A stretch of 64,000 bases of DNA from Tubulanus polymorphus (lineage: Eukaryota; Animalia; Nemertea). Under the pieces are notes generated by a model. It ran no database searches and was not told the origin of the DNA. It worked only from the letters and a program-made list of their open reading frames with translations. The stretch spans positions 20,621,101 to 20,685,100 of the forward strand of contig NC_134025.1 of NCBI RefSeq assembly GCF_964204645.1, in the 5' to 3' direction. A program made the translations under genes and the position numbers. Position 1 is the stretch's first letter. Each line of letters begins with the position of its first letter. Shown in pieces: positions 24,540 through 39,037 of the stretch.

Positions 24540-27500
24540 GAACCTACCCCACTCGAAGACAGCATGGTCGCAATTACTTTGCAATCTGGGTGATTCGTAA
24601 TTGCCAATTTCAAATTGCACTATACCTGATTGATAGAAATGTACTACGATTATGTATTCATGATTACGATTAAAATGGGATGACGAACATCCTACTTATA
24701 ATCATGCTATTTTCCCATGTCTGACCTTGGAGTAATCAGACCACGATTACTTCAAGGTTTGACCCATCTTGTCCTGATGGCAGATAACGCTACGGTCCGT
24801 GATCTTTATCGACTACCGTGCGTCGCCATTCTGGAAATCGTCGAATCGCTCACAGAGGGAGTTGGACGATCTCAAAAATCGATCGCAAAATTGTCTTATA
24901 ATGGCAGATCGTGAGATCGATCGCAGAAATCGGTAGTCTCTATGGACTTTCGGTTTAGGTTGTGTAGTTTATCTTCAGTTGTCAGTTCCGAGTTTCTTAT
25001 TCCGATGCAAGTAAGCTATTCCCGGTTCAAGCACCCGAAATGAGTATAGGCTACAAAAGCGGGAATATCTTTGTAAAAAATTGATTACCGACCAATGACT
25101 TAATTTTTCTATTATTGGTAATTGCGAGGTTTACTCGGAGTTTGCTTAGTCGGAATGCTTATAGCTAATCAAGGAAATCAAGACTCTTGAATTCACGCCA
25201 AGCAGATCCAGGGGCACAATATCCCGTTGTAGAAAAACGTGAAAAATGATGCTCAACTGGCATATTAGTAGTTTGATATTGCCTTATTTGTCAAGGTTTT
25301 CAAAACGATATGCAAATAATAACATTACAGCAATCGTATTTTCTCTCGCTCCTTGGTCATAATCTGCTCTGGTAACTTGACAAGACATTTCTCCTTACAG
25401 GAGCCGGTCCCGAAATCTGCGATGTTTTATTGTAATCAGTTACTTAATAGTTTTCTGAATGTTAGTGACGTTAATTAATTCCTAGTCTGTGGATTCGTCT
25501 GACACACGTCAATATTTTCTTGTCCTTGGGTCACTATTCTAATTTTCTGATGTTTTCGTGTCCTTATTCTGGTATGAACTTGGTTCACAAATCTCAGTTC
25601 TTATTGGCAACTTCACGTCACTGTGCGTGTTTTGATATTGTTTTTTTTCATCTTCGTAGGTTCGACCGACGACCGTTGTTAAATGCGGCTTAAATTGATG
25701 ACATCGGTATCTTTTTTTGACATTGTAATTCCGGACTGGACTGTTGTTAAGTTATACGTGAAATCGAATATGACGTTAACGATACCCGCCAAGTGTGCCG
25801 TGACGATTTTCTTACTGGTGTTACGTATTATTTCAGCCACGGATTAGAATTCCAAGATTTCTATTTTTGCTGCTTCATAATAGTGAAATCTAATTTCGGC
25901 CCGAAAAACAAAACGTGTCTCTACGGCGCGCAATCCTATCAGCGCGAGGAGAGATTTTTTATTTACCTCAAACCCTCCATCAATTTTCTGACGAATGCTT
26001 CGGAACATTCGATCCAGCTAGATCAACGAACCCTCGCTAAAAATGACATTCGTTCTCTAGTCGTCGAGGGTAGAATTTCACGAGCAGACGATTCGTTTAC
26101 TTTTAATTAATCAGCGTCTACTGGCGGGCGCATCGCATCAAATTCGTTCACCCAGTCCTGGCGGTGGTTGTCTCCACATATATCTCCGTCACTCAGCGAT
26201 CCTAGTGTAACTGAATCTGTGGTACATCAGACACTTTAGTTCTTGGTGAACAGATTCGGGATAGTGACTACGTCAGTGAAGCGTTAAACACCGGAAACTT
26301 ACCGCTGATTCACAGGCGGATGCTTATTCTATCGGTTATGGCTCGCGGGTGTGGGGTTTATAGGCCGCCTCGACACTATAAACGTGTTTAACATTATGCC
26401 GAATTTATCACCTGTACGCACCTTGGAGTAATCAGGCTGAATTACTCCAAATACGCACAGACGCGACAGTGACTGATATATGGCGTGTAAGGCGTACTCC
26501 AATTAATTCGACGACTTAGCGGTACGTAAAACTTCCCACTAGGCATTTACGGTCATTCATGAATTAGTTTATACATGGACAGAGTCTAAACCATGGACTC
26601 GTTTAAACTCTAAATCATTTTAGAGTCCATGTTTATACTACAAGGCGTTTCAGGTCCGGTGCCCAGTTCTGCGGTCCACGTCCGCTGGTAGCATCTATGA
26701 TCGGCCTTCTAATCTCAAATGAGGACTATACGTTTTGTTGTGACATTCGAGGATTCCACTTGTGGCAAGCGAGGATCCACCAGGCTCGCTAGTGTGCATT
26801 CTGACAACAACTCCCGGATTTCTTATATGAACCTAAAGGTCATCTGAGTTACTCAAGAGGAGTAATTTACCTAATTTCTGATGATGGCGGCTAAAAATCA
26901 AGATGAAAGTTCATCGAAAATGAACTAGATTTTCACAGGGTTTACGCACTGATACGCGCACGATATCTAGTGGGATAGCTGGTGACATTGACTATAAGGC
27001 AAATATCTGTAAACCAGTACAGACGGCGGTGTCGATCACGATTGTCGTATTAAACTCAACGAACAATATTGGTACTTTAAGGACTCGTCTAAAGACGCTT
27101 CTATTCAGACAACACTTAATGAAGTAAGCGCATGTGAACTGGATACCTGCGGTATATAAAGCTTATCTATTAGTGTTGTTACTAAATAATTTTTCGATTT
27201 ATCTCGTCTATATACCTCTCATACATCTATATATACCGTATCATTAGAATTATTGCACTATCTTTGTTCGTTCTATGCATATATCGTTTTTAAAGCATTT
27301 TATTCCAGGTTCCATGCGCCTCATCAATCCATCTCTATATGAATACAAGTAATCTAACCACAGTAGTACGTGGTGAACTGACTAACTGTATACACATTTC
27401 AAACGGAATTAGAAAATAATCTAATTTTGAAAGACGAAGTCAAATACTCAAAATGGCATATTAGACTTTCACTAGACCATTTTGTTAATATATTTTATTT

Positions 27501-29117
27501 TCTATCTAATATGATGCTGAAATTGAAAAACCGCCTTTGGATAGGTTGCCGATGAAGGCAGTCTTATTTCCACTGCTCCAAATTGTTTAATATTTTTTCA
27601 ACCACAAAAAAGCAAACGAACAAAAAATCAAAGACGAATTTCCATACTATATAACGTGACAAATACGGATTTCTAGAAACTTTGTATTTTTGGGGCGCAG
27701 CAATAAAGCGTTAAGAAAAAAGTGTATTAATAATAGTGTTTGCTATTATCCTTGTCATTTTCCCGCAAGAATGAAGAGGTATCGCACACAATATCGCAAT
27801 TATCTCATGACGCACAGAGATGCGTTATTTCCGTTATTTTCGCCACGCTCGGTTTGTGCCATCAACGGATGATCTTAACCCCCGCGAGAAACAAAGGACA
27901 TACATACATAAATATATCTCAGGAACGCGGTTATAATGCCAGAGGTGAAAATGCGGGGTTCTTTGTACACATCGTTTATGAAACACCCGCATAGGCATAA
28001 ATGTGGTGTCTGATTAGGGCTAAGCACATTATCTTAGCATCTATATGATAACGGTCGTGGAAAAAGGCAAAACGGAATTAAAAGCGAGAAAAAACTTCTG
28101 CCAGAACTTTTAACAGAATCTGCTAGGTTAACCGGCTTCGCGTGTATCTAATTATCGTCTATAGGCTTCTCTTTACATATTTTTCCTACTCCTTTTTTGT
28201 TTTAGTAAGAAATAGATTTATTTGCATGTTAAAAGCTGGTAGTTAATGGCCCTTCGCAAAAGTGTGCAATCGCTGTTTTGACACTAAAACGAGGTGCGCC
28301 CCTCGAAAAAGCATTAAATCGCTATTTTGGCACTAAAACATTTTACGTATAGTACGTACTGCACGCGTGAATATGGTGGCTGATGGGAGCCATGCTGGTG
28401 AAATGTGAGAATAAATTCAATGGCGAGAAAACAAATTCCTTAGCGAAATTATTACCGTTACGGACCAGGATGAAGCTGATGAGCGACTTTAGAATGGAGC
28501 TGACCTACGTTAGATAGTTAGTTACAGATGCTGTACGTAAAAACGACGGCGAAATAACGGTCGGCCAGTCAATTGCAATCAAACCACGTATAGGAAGTAA
28601 CACGATCTGTACGGTAGTATCGTACAGAGAATGGGGACATTTATCACCAGTAGAAAAACAAGTCTTGTCCGCGATGTTACAGGCCAATTTATTTCGGTTA
28701 CAGTTCCGGTGTGATTCACACCAATCAACGGAGTTATACGCCATGCATTTTATGGCTAGAAGAACAAACAGAGAGCCAGTACGCCGTTTCTTTTCAGGGC
28801 TTAATTGCGATGACTTCGGACAGGGGGAGAAGCGCCCAATTAGGCCCATATCTTCAGGCTATTAATGTGGATGGTAGCTCTTATGTTTCAACTGCTGGTT
28901 ACATTTGTGTTAAGTAATGATGATGAATTCGCTTTAACCCAATCTAAACCGAATTATCTTGTTTTTGGAAAATGATGAGAAGTAATAACTGATTAGTCGT
29001 CTGGAATATGATCGACCGATCTGATTGGCCAATATCCGAGGCGTTTAATCAAATAAACCTATGAGAACCCAGAATACTTTAACTGTACTGGGACTTATTC
29101 CTATCCTGTATTCGTTC

Positions 29118-29215
29118 ATTCACCTGATGAAGCTACTATACAATAACGGAAGCTCGTGCGTCTAATAAAATAGTTAACCTTTAAAGTACTACTCGTCTCG
29201 TGGTATTTTTTCTAT
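29118..29215 (+). mobile_element. Solo Penelope-like hammerhead fragment, same family as 4847
   Basis: attcacctgatgaagctactatac..gaagctcgtgcgtctaataaa..agtactactcgtctcgt. Core is degenerate (GAAA to GGAA). Confidence 0.65.
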
Positions 29216-32200
29216 AAACCCGGTTAACACGGCTCCGCTACGAATCTTATGTCCAGAAATTAATAGGGAGTTAGAATAAACTGAAGCGAATAGATGTAAA
29301 GACATAATATAATCAATTATATATATACAAAAATATGAATAAACATTGATCACCTTATAGATTTACATATGTTGTTCGAAGCCCAATGAGATGAACTTTC
29401 CGAGAGCTTTGGTAAGTTAAGGGGAACGCATAATAATTTTGAATTTTTCAGAATTGGCCTCATTTTCATGAAGAGGATAATGTTTTCTGAATTCCATCGA
29501 AAGGTCTTTCTGAACTCCCGTAACTTCGCTAAATTCAAATAGAAAAGTAGTTCATCTTCTATCACATTGCAACTTGTGCCAAGTCTCATGATTGGAAGAT
29601 TATTTTGGGTGAAGTTATCATGTCAGATGTGAATGTCAGGCGCATCATTAATAGCTTAGTAATGTTAACGCTGGCAAGTCAGTAAAAAAAAAAGATTAAC
29701 ACTCGTACGGTCAGCTGCGGAAGGAAATCGTACATTTAGTTATTGTCATACCGAAGATTTTTGTCCGTTAATCGATTGTTTGCGTGATAAACAAGGAAAC
29801 ATAAAATATCCACTTTATGGCTAAATCATGACTTTCTTCGATAATTTGCAATCCGCCGAGACTCATTTCACAAAGCCCGGGGTCTATTGTATAATAGCCT
29901 ACGCGGGCTATCTTGAAACACTAGTCATCGTATTATAGTCAATAATTTGACGAGACATGTCATCGCACCAGCGCTGTGAAAAATGTCTACCCATATCGTG
30001 CTTTATCGTATATGAGACACATTCAAATATTGAGATATACAGTTTGCGACAAAATGCGTTTACTTGCGCAAGGCGTGATCAATGGCAATGAATTGTTTCA
30101 AAATTTGGCAACGAGTACAACTCCAAAGTCTAGCCTATAGCACTCTTGCGCTATATACTTTAATGGACAAACTCTTAACTAACATGTGACGACACCATTT
30201 CGGATGCCAAACGCAATAAGTGATGTCGATTATCTGACTAGACAGATCCAAATTGTCTCTCAAATTCCATTATTATGAGATATTGTAATTTTTTTGTCAT
30301 TCATCAGCTCTGGCAACCAAACCAAGTCGTTCCGCATCAAACATGTTCTAACTGTTTCAAAATCAGCTTCGAATCCAAGAATGATTGAATTGTGGTGTTA
30401 GGTGTGTATGATGGTAGTCATGGTGCAGGGAAACACAAAACCAAAGAAACATGTTCGATTTCGGAAACGTCGTTCTCGAAACCATGTTTCTCATGTTTCT
30501 CGTTTCTCGTAAAGTCCGACGCACACGGCACGTACATGCTCGGAAAAATGTTGTCGGGTATTCAACTAGACAAATTCTAGACTAGAGAATCTTTTGATTC
30601 CCCGACAGTCCTGCTTGTATGGTGTATTAATTAGGTTAATCAAGCAAGGGACTGAAGAGCTATTTGATATTCAATCAAAACTTATGTTTCAAAAATGAGC
30701 GCAAATTATCGCAACAATGGGGACCTCGAGGGACCGCCACAAAATGGCGCCTAGAAACTGGAAACTTCTTTATTCATTGTTCAAATATGTTAATTTGTAG
30801 AAATTTATAATTTGCAAGACTGTCGAAATAAATGAAATAAAATGTTTCCGTGCATCCTGCGTTAAACAAGCTGACGTCCAATAAGACAACGTTATACGTT
30901 TGTTGGCTTACTATCACTAAGGATATTACAACCCCATTTTATATACCGGTACTTACACCTTTCATTAGTCACAATTTTCTGACCGCCAGGATATCACGAT
31001 GACCTTGACAGTTGGGATTAGCCATGTTTACCCATCAAAATGTCAAAGCATCACAAACCAAACCGAAAACGGAATAATAACCGCTGGCTAACACACTGTC
31101 TGGTCATACTTACATTTATCATTCGCTTAAATGAGTAAATTCATTTGCCTCGAAGAATTGGAAAATACAATCCTTTATCCAGGTATGCCATATTACACCT
31201 TCATGAAATGTTCTAAATGTCATCGTCACTTTTCCTAATTTGCAAATAATGTGTTGCAGGAATGATACCGAAGGCGTATCAATTATGCCAGGCGACATCA
31301 ATATTGTGAGACAAACTGAATGGCGAGTGTCTCCGCTAGACAAAGTCGTGGAAATATGATCTACAATTCCATAGAATCTTTTCTTTATTGCTATGACTTA
31401 TTTGCGTTCTCGCCATTCTGGGGTTAATCATAGGCTAGAATTAGGCATTCACGCGATCAGCCGCACAAATGATCAAAGCGTATTGTGCCATCACGATGCA
31501 GACGGCGATCTAAAACAAAAATATCTCGAAAGATATCAAAGACTAGACCTATACGGCTCGGCACGTTCGTTGTTAGTGAGTAACCTTGTAAGACGGAGCA
31601 AAAAATAGGCCACCCGTTTCGAAATTTGCATTCAAGACCCAACGGAGCCGAGTCGAAAATACCACCAAAGACAATTGATCACAATGTTCGCGTTCATGAA
31701 TCTTTTTAAGGTTTATTTTTTTTCTTGTTCACTTTTTTATTTTCGCATTTATAGTGGTGCAGAAACCATACAAGGATACGCCATCGCTTTCGATGCTAGT
31801 AGATTCTTGTATCCAGAAACGATGAATGAATTTATTTTCATCGCATCGTTACTGATAATGCAGATATAAGCATATGCAATATTCTATAAATTTGACCAAA
31901 TGAAGGACCCCGACAAGCCAATGGCTGTACACTTTGGGGCAATATAAAGCCGGGAGCTTACATGTGTTTTTAATTTTTTTTCCCTTTTCACATTTTTTTC
32001 TCTATTTGAGAGTCCTGTTTTATATAAACTATTTATTGGTTTCTACTGACCCCTCCAAGAAACTGTATTTTGCATTCTGAATTTTTTACACTGAGCTAAG
32101 CTGTCAATTGCATTTGGAAATAAAGCATTCATACCCAACCAGGGTTCTGCGAGTACTCGCTTCATTATGCTGATATACGTAGTTCAAATTTCTTCATGTT

Positions 32201-33310
32201 TTCCTTGCGAGAATTGCCACCAAACATAATCGTTTGTACGTCGTTGGTAGATTTAGTTGATCCCGAACCAAAATTTCTACAACAGTTTCAGAGACACATG
32301 TATATATGATTCGGCGGGTGCAAAGCTATATATTTTCTTTATCATTGCAGAAAATACCAGGTTAGTTGTGAGTATACCGTAGTAGATACCGGGGGATGAT
32401 AGCAAAAACACCGCGACGTATTTCCACGGATAAGTCGAATTGTTTTCCCGCAACGAGCTCGGCATTATTGCTCTCGTGAAAGGTTGTTATTGCCCGGCAC
32501 GGAATAATGTTACAATCGTATTATATACCCGAATATGACCACATATTTCTGAATCGTTTTTTATGTTGTGTTTCTTGTCAGCAGAAGCTGTACGGGATAG
32601 TTTTCTGCCTGTGTGAATGAAATGAATGATTTTTCATTTTCGAAATCGTTTCCGGAAATACGCTTCGCAAGTTGCGAACATAAAAAAATATTGACATGTT
32701 TGATTTGATACGGCGCACAATACTGCACTGTCAATACCTGTTTGGTTTTCATAACTCCCCGAAATCATCGACAACACTATCAGGTCGTAAATTAAAGTAA
32801 TTTTCGCTGCAGTTGATAATCGCAGTGCCGAGAGTGCCGTATTGCAATTATCTTAAACAAACGCGAATCGCACAATATTCGAAGGTTTTTTCTGCTGCTG
32901 CATTTCGATAGATATTAACCCGGGCTCTTACGCGTTCGATCGATAAAACACTTTTCTGTCTTTCATTTTTCTCAAATCATGTTACGATAATTAATGTTTA
33001 TATACATTGATACCTAGTGTGCGTTATATAAGGGTTCTGTGTGAGTCGATGTGCGCTACGTCATCAACATTGGCGTTTCAAAATAACAATAACAATTGTG
33101 GCTTAAATGTATTTCATGACTCTTTTTAATTTTTGATAAGTTCTAATGATAATTTTTGAGCACTACGTCATCAATAAGAAAATCAATCGGGGCTAGATTG
33201 GTTACCGATCAATTCAATTCAATTATCGGTATATTCATATTAAAAAAAGACATTATTGATCGATATATTATATAATGTATATTTACGGTACATAATATGT
33301 CAACAATATT

Positions 33311-33577
33311 AAGCAATACACGTGTTGTTTTTCAAGGCATGGTAAACTTCCTAGTTAGTTTTCTTGTTTCAAACTTTGCGTAGAACTTGTTAAGAATTTG
33401 GTAGTGATGACGTTACAAAAATTGAAAAATTCTTATCATCGATGTTGTAGTAAACGTAGATACACCGTCGTTCAATGTTGCAACCACTCGTTTTCCCAGG
33501 GGCCATTCGTAATTATTACGACGAATAATATTTACTGCATCTTCGGGTAACCTGTGGTATCAACACGTGTATTGTTT
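33311..33577. mobile_element. Probable MITE
   Basis: Perfect 14-bp inverted repeat caatacacgtgttg / caacacgtgtattg. Confidence 0.45.
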
Positions 33578-35663
33578 TAGATTGATTGAATCAGTCACGT
33601 AATGTTTCGTGCAGTTGCGTTGTACTTTTCGCAGACGCCATGAGAATCTCATACATTAAGTTGCACTATTTAAAAAAAATGTCTCTAACACCAGTCCCAA
33701 CCGCAGGGAGGCTCAGACCCACGAAAATGATGAACTAGCGCGCACGACAAATTTCGAAGGAGATAATTGGGTATGGAAATGTTTTCCCCAATGATTTGTG
33801 TTTATCTTTGGGCTTAACGCAGACAAGGAGTATCATGGGACGGTTAAGAACAATGTATTTTTGGATTAGTTGCTACTTGCTCTAATCGTTGTCAATTACC
33901 GTAATGTCCACTTCCCTTTTGTCAACTTACATTCTTTTTACTTGTACAATATCATCATCATCCATTGAAAAAGCAGGTACCCCGGGCCGAATATGTGTTA
34001 CTACCCCAAAATAACCACCCTTCCCTAGGTTTAATGGGCCCTTTACGAGTGTGCTCTATCAGAAGATGGAATATTTTTTCGCAGTAAAAGTTTCCTACCG
34101 TCGCAGAAACTGGAGAATTGGCAGAAAAATCCAATCGAAAACGATAGGCAACGATTCCTCACGTGAAAGAGCACAATCGAGACGGTAGTTGTTTCTAGAG
34201 GAATACCAACATCAGTACCACATTGTGAAAACATGCACTAGAACTTCACTTTCACCATTCATGATTTACAATACGTAGCGAATTATGTGCAGATTATCGA
34301 AACAGATTAATGCACACCCTTCGAAAACCCAGCATTGACATTTTTTCAGCTTACAAATCCTGCAGCTTAGCTTAAAGAAAAAAAACAGAACATCACCTCA
34401 TTTAGAGCTGTCATTGCAAAGTCAACTCACGGTATACACAATTGCTTCTGTTATTACATCAGGTGCTTAGGTGATATTGTATTATTGCTGTATGAATATC
34501 AGAAAAGCGCTGATGATATCATCTACTCAACTTGTATTGTCGAAATCTCGTGGAAAGCCTAGTGTGGAAAATGTTAGGGACAGGGATGGTAAATGCAATC
34601 TTCTCGGATAAACTGCACACAGGACACTGACTACTACTACTTCAGAGTTAATGAGGTAAACACGGCTATGGAAAACTGAATTGTGGCTGGCATTTTCCTC
34701 CCAGAGATAACGGTGCGGTACTTTGGGCAGGCTTCAAGGCGATTATCAGCAAATGAATATTTCAACAGATGATATTGACTAACGCGCATGACTCCCTGTT
34801 TAATTGACTCCAACGAAAACAGAGAATATTTACTAAGCAAATATTTTTTTCTCTGAGCAAACTCCTTGGCTAGCTTATACGTATTCCCTTATTTTTCATA
34901 TTTCAAAATAGATAGCTAAAATGGGACTTATATATTAGTACCAATGGGCCTGATATCAATCATGAACTTCGCTATACGAAAACAATATCAGCAAACTGAA
35001 AACTGTTGATAATACACCTTAAATCGACGCATTGAATTCGAGACTAAATTGAAAATCTACTTTTTCCAAGGAAATCCGCTACACTCCTGTTATGGTACGT
35101 TCTAGTATTCTCAGATGGCAAACTTCGTAGGTGTATCGAGAGATTCTAGATTGCATTTAATCTACGCATTCGGCTAAACTTGTACCATTTAGAAAATAAC
35201 TTCAGTAATCTGAATGATCAGGATGCCGTGCGAGGACAATCAATTCGATTGCGACGAAAGATTGACAAATCATGTACTTTGAACGAGTGTCTGGTCTTTG
35301 CGTGCGATTCTTCATATTTAATGTCAGCGTGTTCAAATAAAATTTCCCCTGGGCAGTATTCAAAACATAAGCGGTTAATGGACCATTTGAATGCAAATGT
35401 AATTCTTATCTGCTTGTTGTTGTTGAAATACGCTTGTTTGATGAGTTATTCTATCTCGTATGTACTGAACACTGGAATATTGCCTGTTTAGTGATAAAGC
35501 TCAGTAGCGACTGAGGGTGTGATTACAATCGACGTCGTTTTCATAACGCGTATCGGTAATCAATACTCCTTAGAAATAGAAATGAAATCCAACAATCACG
35601 TTGGAATGCCTGAATGCAATGCGTCAGTGGTGTTAAAACTCGAATCTAGATAACTATATAACT

Positions 35664-36453
35664 CACAGGGGTTTGGCGATGGGCTTGAATTTTATTTCCG
35701 GGTTGTTGATAATCTCGCGAGAATGGCGCTAAATATGAACTGCGAATAAATTCAAAATATCACGGAAATACCTTGTGTTTATATTGTTTATTTATCCGCT
35801 ATAAAGTTTCGATAAACAATTGGTCGTAAAGAATCATTATCAGACGGTCGTCACGCTTTACTATATAAAATCACAAGGGATGAAACGCAGTTCAAGTCGT
35901 GCCAGCCAGAAAGTTGGGACAGTCACGTGACTTAACGCTCTTATTTGACTGAATGCAAACCCGAAGCATCTAAGACGGAAACTATGATACGAAAAATATT
36001 TGAGAATAACTTACATTCAGATGCATATTTTGACTATGAATTGTATATTTCATCATAATTTATTCTGTATAAGTTATTTATTTCATATGAATCATAATCT
36101 GACAATTGATATCGGTCTGTGAATATGTTAACTTTTCATATTGAAGTTTTAAATGCGATGACGTCATCAGAATGTCACGTGACTGTCCCAACTTTCTGGC
36201 TGAAAATTTAAGTACAGCGGAGGCCTGGCGTTGCATCCCTTGTTCTTTTATATAGTAGCGTGGCGACCGTCTGATAATGATTCTTAACGACCAATTGTTT
36301 ATCGAAACTTTATAGCGGATAAATAAACAATATAAACACAAGGTTTTTTTTCCGTGATATTTTGAATTTATTCGCAGTTCATATTTAGCGCCATTCTCGC
36401 GAGATTATCAACAACCCGGAAATAAAATCCAAGCCCATCGCCAAACCCCTGTG
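35664..36453. mobile_element. Non-autonomous foldback DNA transposon (P- or hAT-like ends)
   Basis: Inverted arms of about 270 bp, termini CACAGGGG..CCCCTGTG, and 8-bp TSD atataact at 35656-35663 and 36454-36461. Confidence 0.9.
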
Positions 36454-37953
36454 ATATAACTTAACGTGGGAAGGTTTTTTGCAAAAAATATGTGAATAAT
36501 TATAAGGTGGCATTAGATTTAATTAAAGAAGATCACAACAAAATGAGGTACAAAACATCATCGGCCATTTTGGAAGATATCTCCCTCTGCGAGGAAATTA
36601 GTGAACTAGCCTATAACCTACCACAGTGAGTAAGTTCATAACCTTTTTTTCTAATTGCTATAACGCTGATGTATTGATGTATCCCTAAGCAATCCGTCCA
36701 AGACGGGTATCCTGCTAGTCTTGTATTTACATCGGTTTTTACGTGCTCGCCCGGAAGTAGGGTCGAACCGTAGTTGGTTGCTTTGACGCTGATGTTTTTG
36801 CGATCTAAAATATGGATTGACCCAGTTGTTTATTCAATTGGTAGATTTCGTTTTACTTTGGTTCTGATCGGTGTCCTTTACAAAACTACCTCACCTGTCG
36901 GGAGCGGAACACATGGGCATAGCTCTACTCCGATTTGAAACCAATTGGCTCTAATAGTCTAACTAACCAGTCAAATGTCATAAGACCATTTTTGGACTTA
37001 ACGACTGTGCTATGATAACGGATTGAGTCGGTATAAATCTACTCTCACACGTTAAACCGGTAGAATAAGATCCTCCGTCATTGAAGTAGTGTGAATACAA
37101 ATGATAAAAATTATTGGTTGACGTGTTACAAAACAGTTCTCTGAGCGTCAGGGCTTCGCGCGTTAACGAATGATGATATATTTCCCTGATAATCGGAAAA
37201 AAATTCAGCAAATCGCAGTCTCACGGAGTACGTATTGTTTGTAAGATTGGTAAGATAGATTGACAGTCATCGGCAGAAGAAAAGTGTTTGCGGGGCTCGA
37301 GATCTGTCGTGTGTGACAGTTGCAAACGACGCGACTCTCTTGGATCTAGATCGTCATGCATCACATTTTAGACGTTAACGGCAACGCAATTAGAGCTGTA
37401 GTGATTCCTTGAGACAGTCGATGAAATAAAAAAGGCTTAATGATGCCACATTAGTTCCAATTGACTTCTCCGATTCCCTTGTTAGGATTTTCGGTGTGTT
37501 AAGTGCTCGGCGTGGATGACAAAAAATCCGATATTGAATTCGTCTATGGGTTGAGGCCTATATGTTTTTCCCAACCTCGTACAACTTGTTTCAACAGCAG
37601 CCAGTTTCTAATTACTAATTACTTATAGTTTGAATCGACAAGGGCTAGAAATAGAATTGATAACGAAACGGGCATCGTAGACATGAAAGTCGCTTCGTTT
37701 TAGTGACCAACTACTAAGAGTTTGATCAAGGAGAAAATGTCTAGTTCGTAGGATCCGACAAATCATCATGATCGAGTTCAATATAACGAAGTCCTATGTA
37801 TTGTCAACCAGCACCCTTCCGACAAACCGCCAACCACGCCTATAATGCCAGGGTTGTTGTTGAGAACGAGACATCTATATCTTTGCTTGGAACTAGATGA
37901 CGTAGTCAAAATAAACCCGCGATATACCGCCATAATCTCTATATCGTTAAAAT

Positions 37954-39037
37954 TGTGTCAATGCTTCAAAAATTCTTGACTTCACCCTTTTTGCAGATGA
38001 CACAACATGCTTCGCTTATTCAAAAGATCATAAGAAGATATTCCAACTGATAAACAATGAACTCATCAAACTTCGAATGTGGTTTCAAGTTAACAAATTG
38101 TCTCTTAACCTTGAAAAATGTTATTTCATGATTTTCGGAAATTTCAAGGGTACCCCTTGTGCTATGAAAATTGGAAATGTCTCAATAAAGCAAGTTCATT
38201 CTACAAAATTTCTTGGTTTATATATTGATAGTAAACTGACGTGGTCTGACCACATATCATTAAGTCTGTAAAAAGATCTCTCGTAGTATTGGTGTTTTAA
38301 ATAGAGTTAAAAGACGATTGCCAGTTTAAGTGATGAAAACCTTATACTATAGTTTTGTTTACCCGTATCTCCAACTGCAATTTTATCTGGGGCAATAACT
38401 ACGAATCGAGAATCAGGCCAATAATCCTACTTCAAAAGCGTGCGATCAGGGTAATATCGAAGGTTACCTTCTTTGATCATACAGCCCCCATCTTCAAAAA
38501 CTTAGGTATCCTTACTTTTCGAGCAATGACGAAATTTCAATTGTGCTTTTTCATATTTAGATATAAGAATTCACTACTGCCTAACTCGTTTTTAGATTAT
38601 TTTTCATTAAATTCCGACTTTCACCATCATCATACTCGAAACCGTCATGCATTCAAAGTAGAACAATTTAGGACCAATCGAAAGAAATTTTCATTAAAAG
38701 TATCAGCCCCTTTAACTTGGAATAACTCACCTTACTCACTGAAGATCATTGGATCAGTATCCCCTCCAGTTTTTAAACGTGCTCTCAAACAGTATCTCCT
38801 CAATTAATGTTTCGATAACTTTGCCAGTCTCTGCCATCTGGCACTTAAATATTTTCTGTGTGAATGTGGCGTGAAAGAGAGTGTGATTGGGTGTACGAGG
38901 GTGGCATGAATATCATATAAACCTTAACAGGTTTCCTCATGTTTCCCTCCATCTTGAATTTTTGTATTTGTATTACTTTGTACGATTATTATAATTCAAA
39001 ATGGAAAAATAAATTATTATTATTATTATTATTATTA
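37954..39037 (+). mobile_element. 5'-truncated, degenerate L2/Crack LINE
   Basis: Starts CVNASKILDFTLFADDT, then NKLSLNLEK and LQKRAIRVIS with frameshifts and stops. 3' stem-loop at 38898-38950, then AATAAA and an (ATT)n tail. Confidence 0.9.

Noticed and set aside
24035-24673. ORFs with PPSL or GGRE repeats
   Set aside because: Translations of the (CCCT)n tract.
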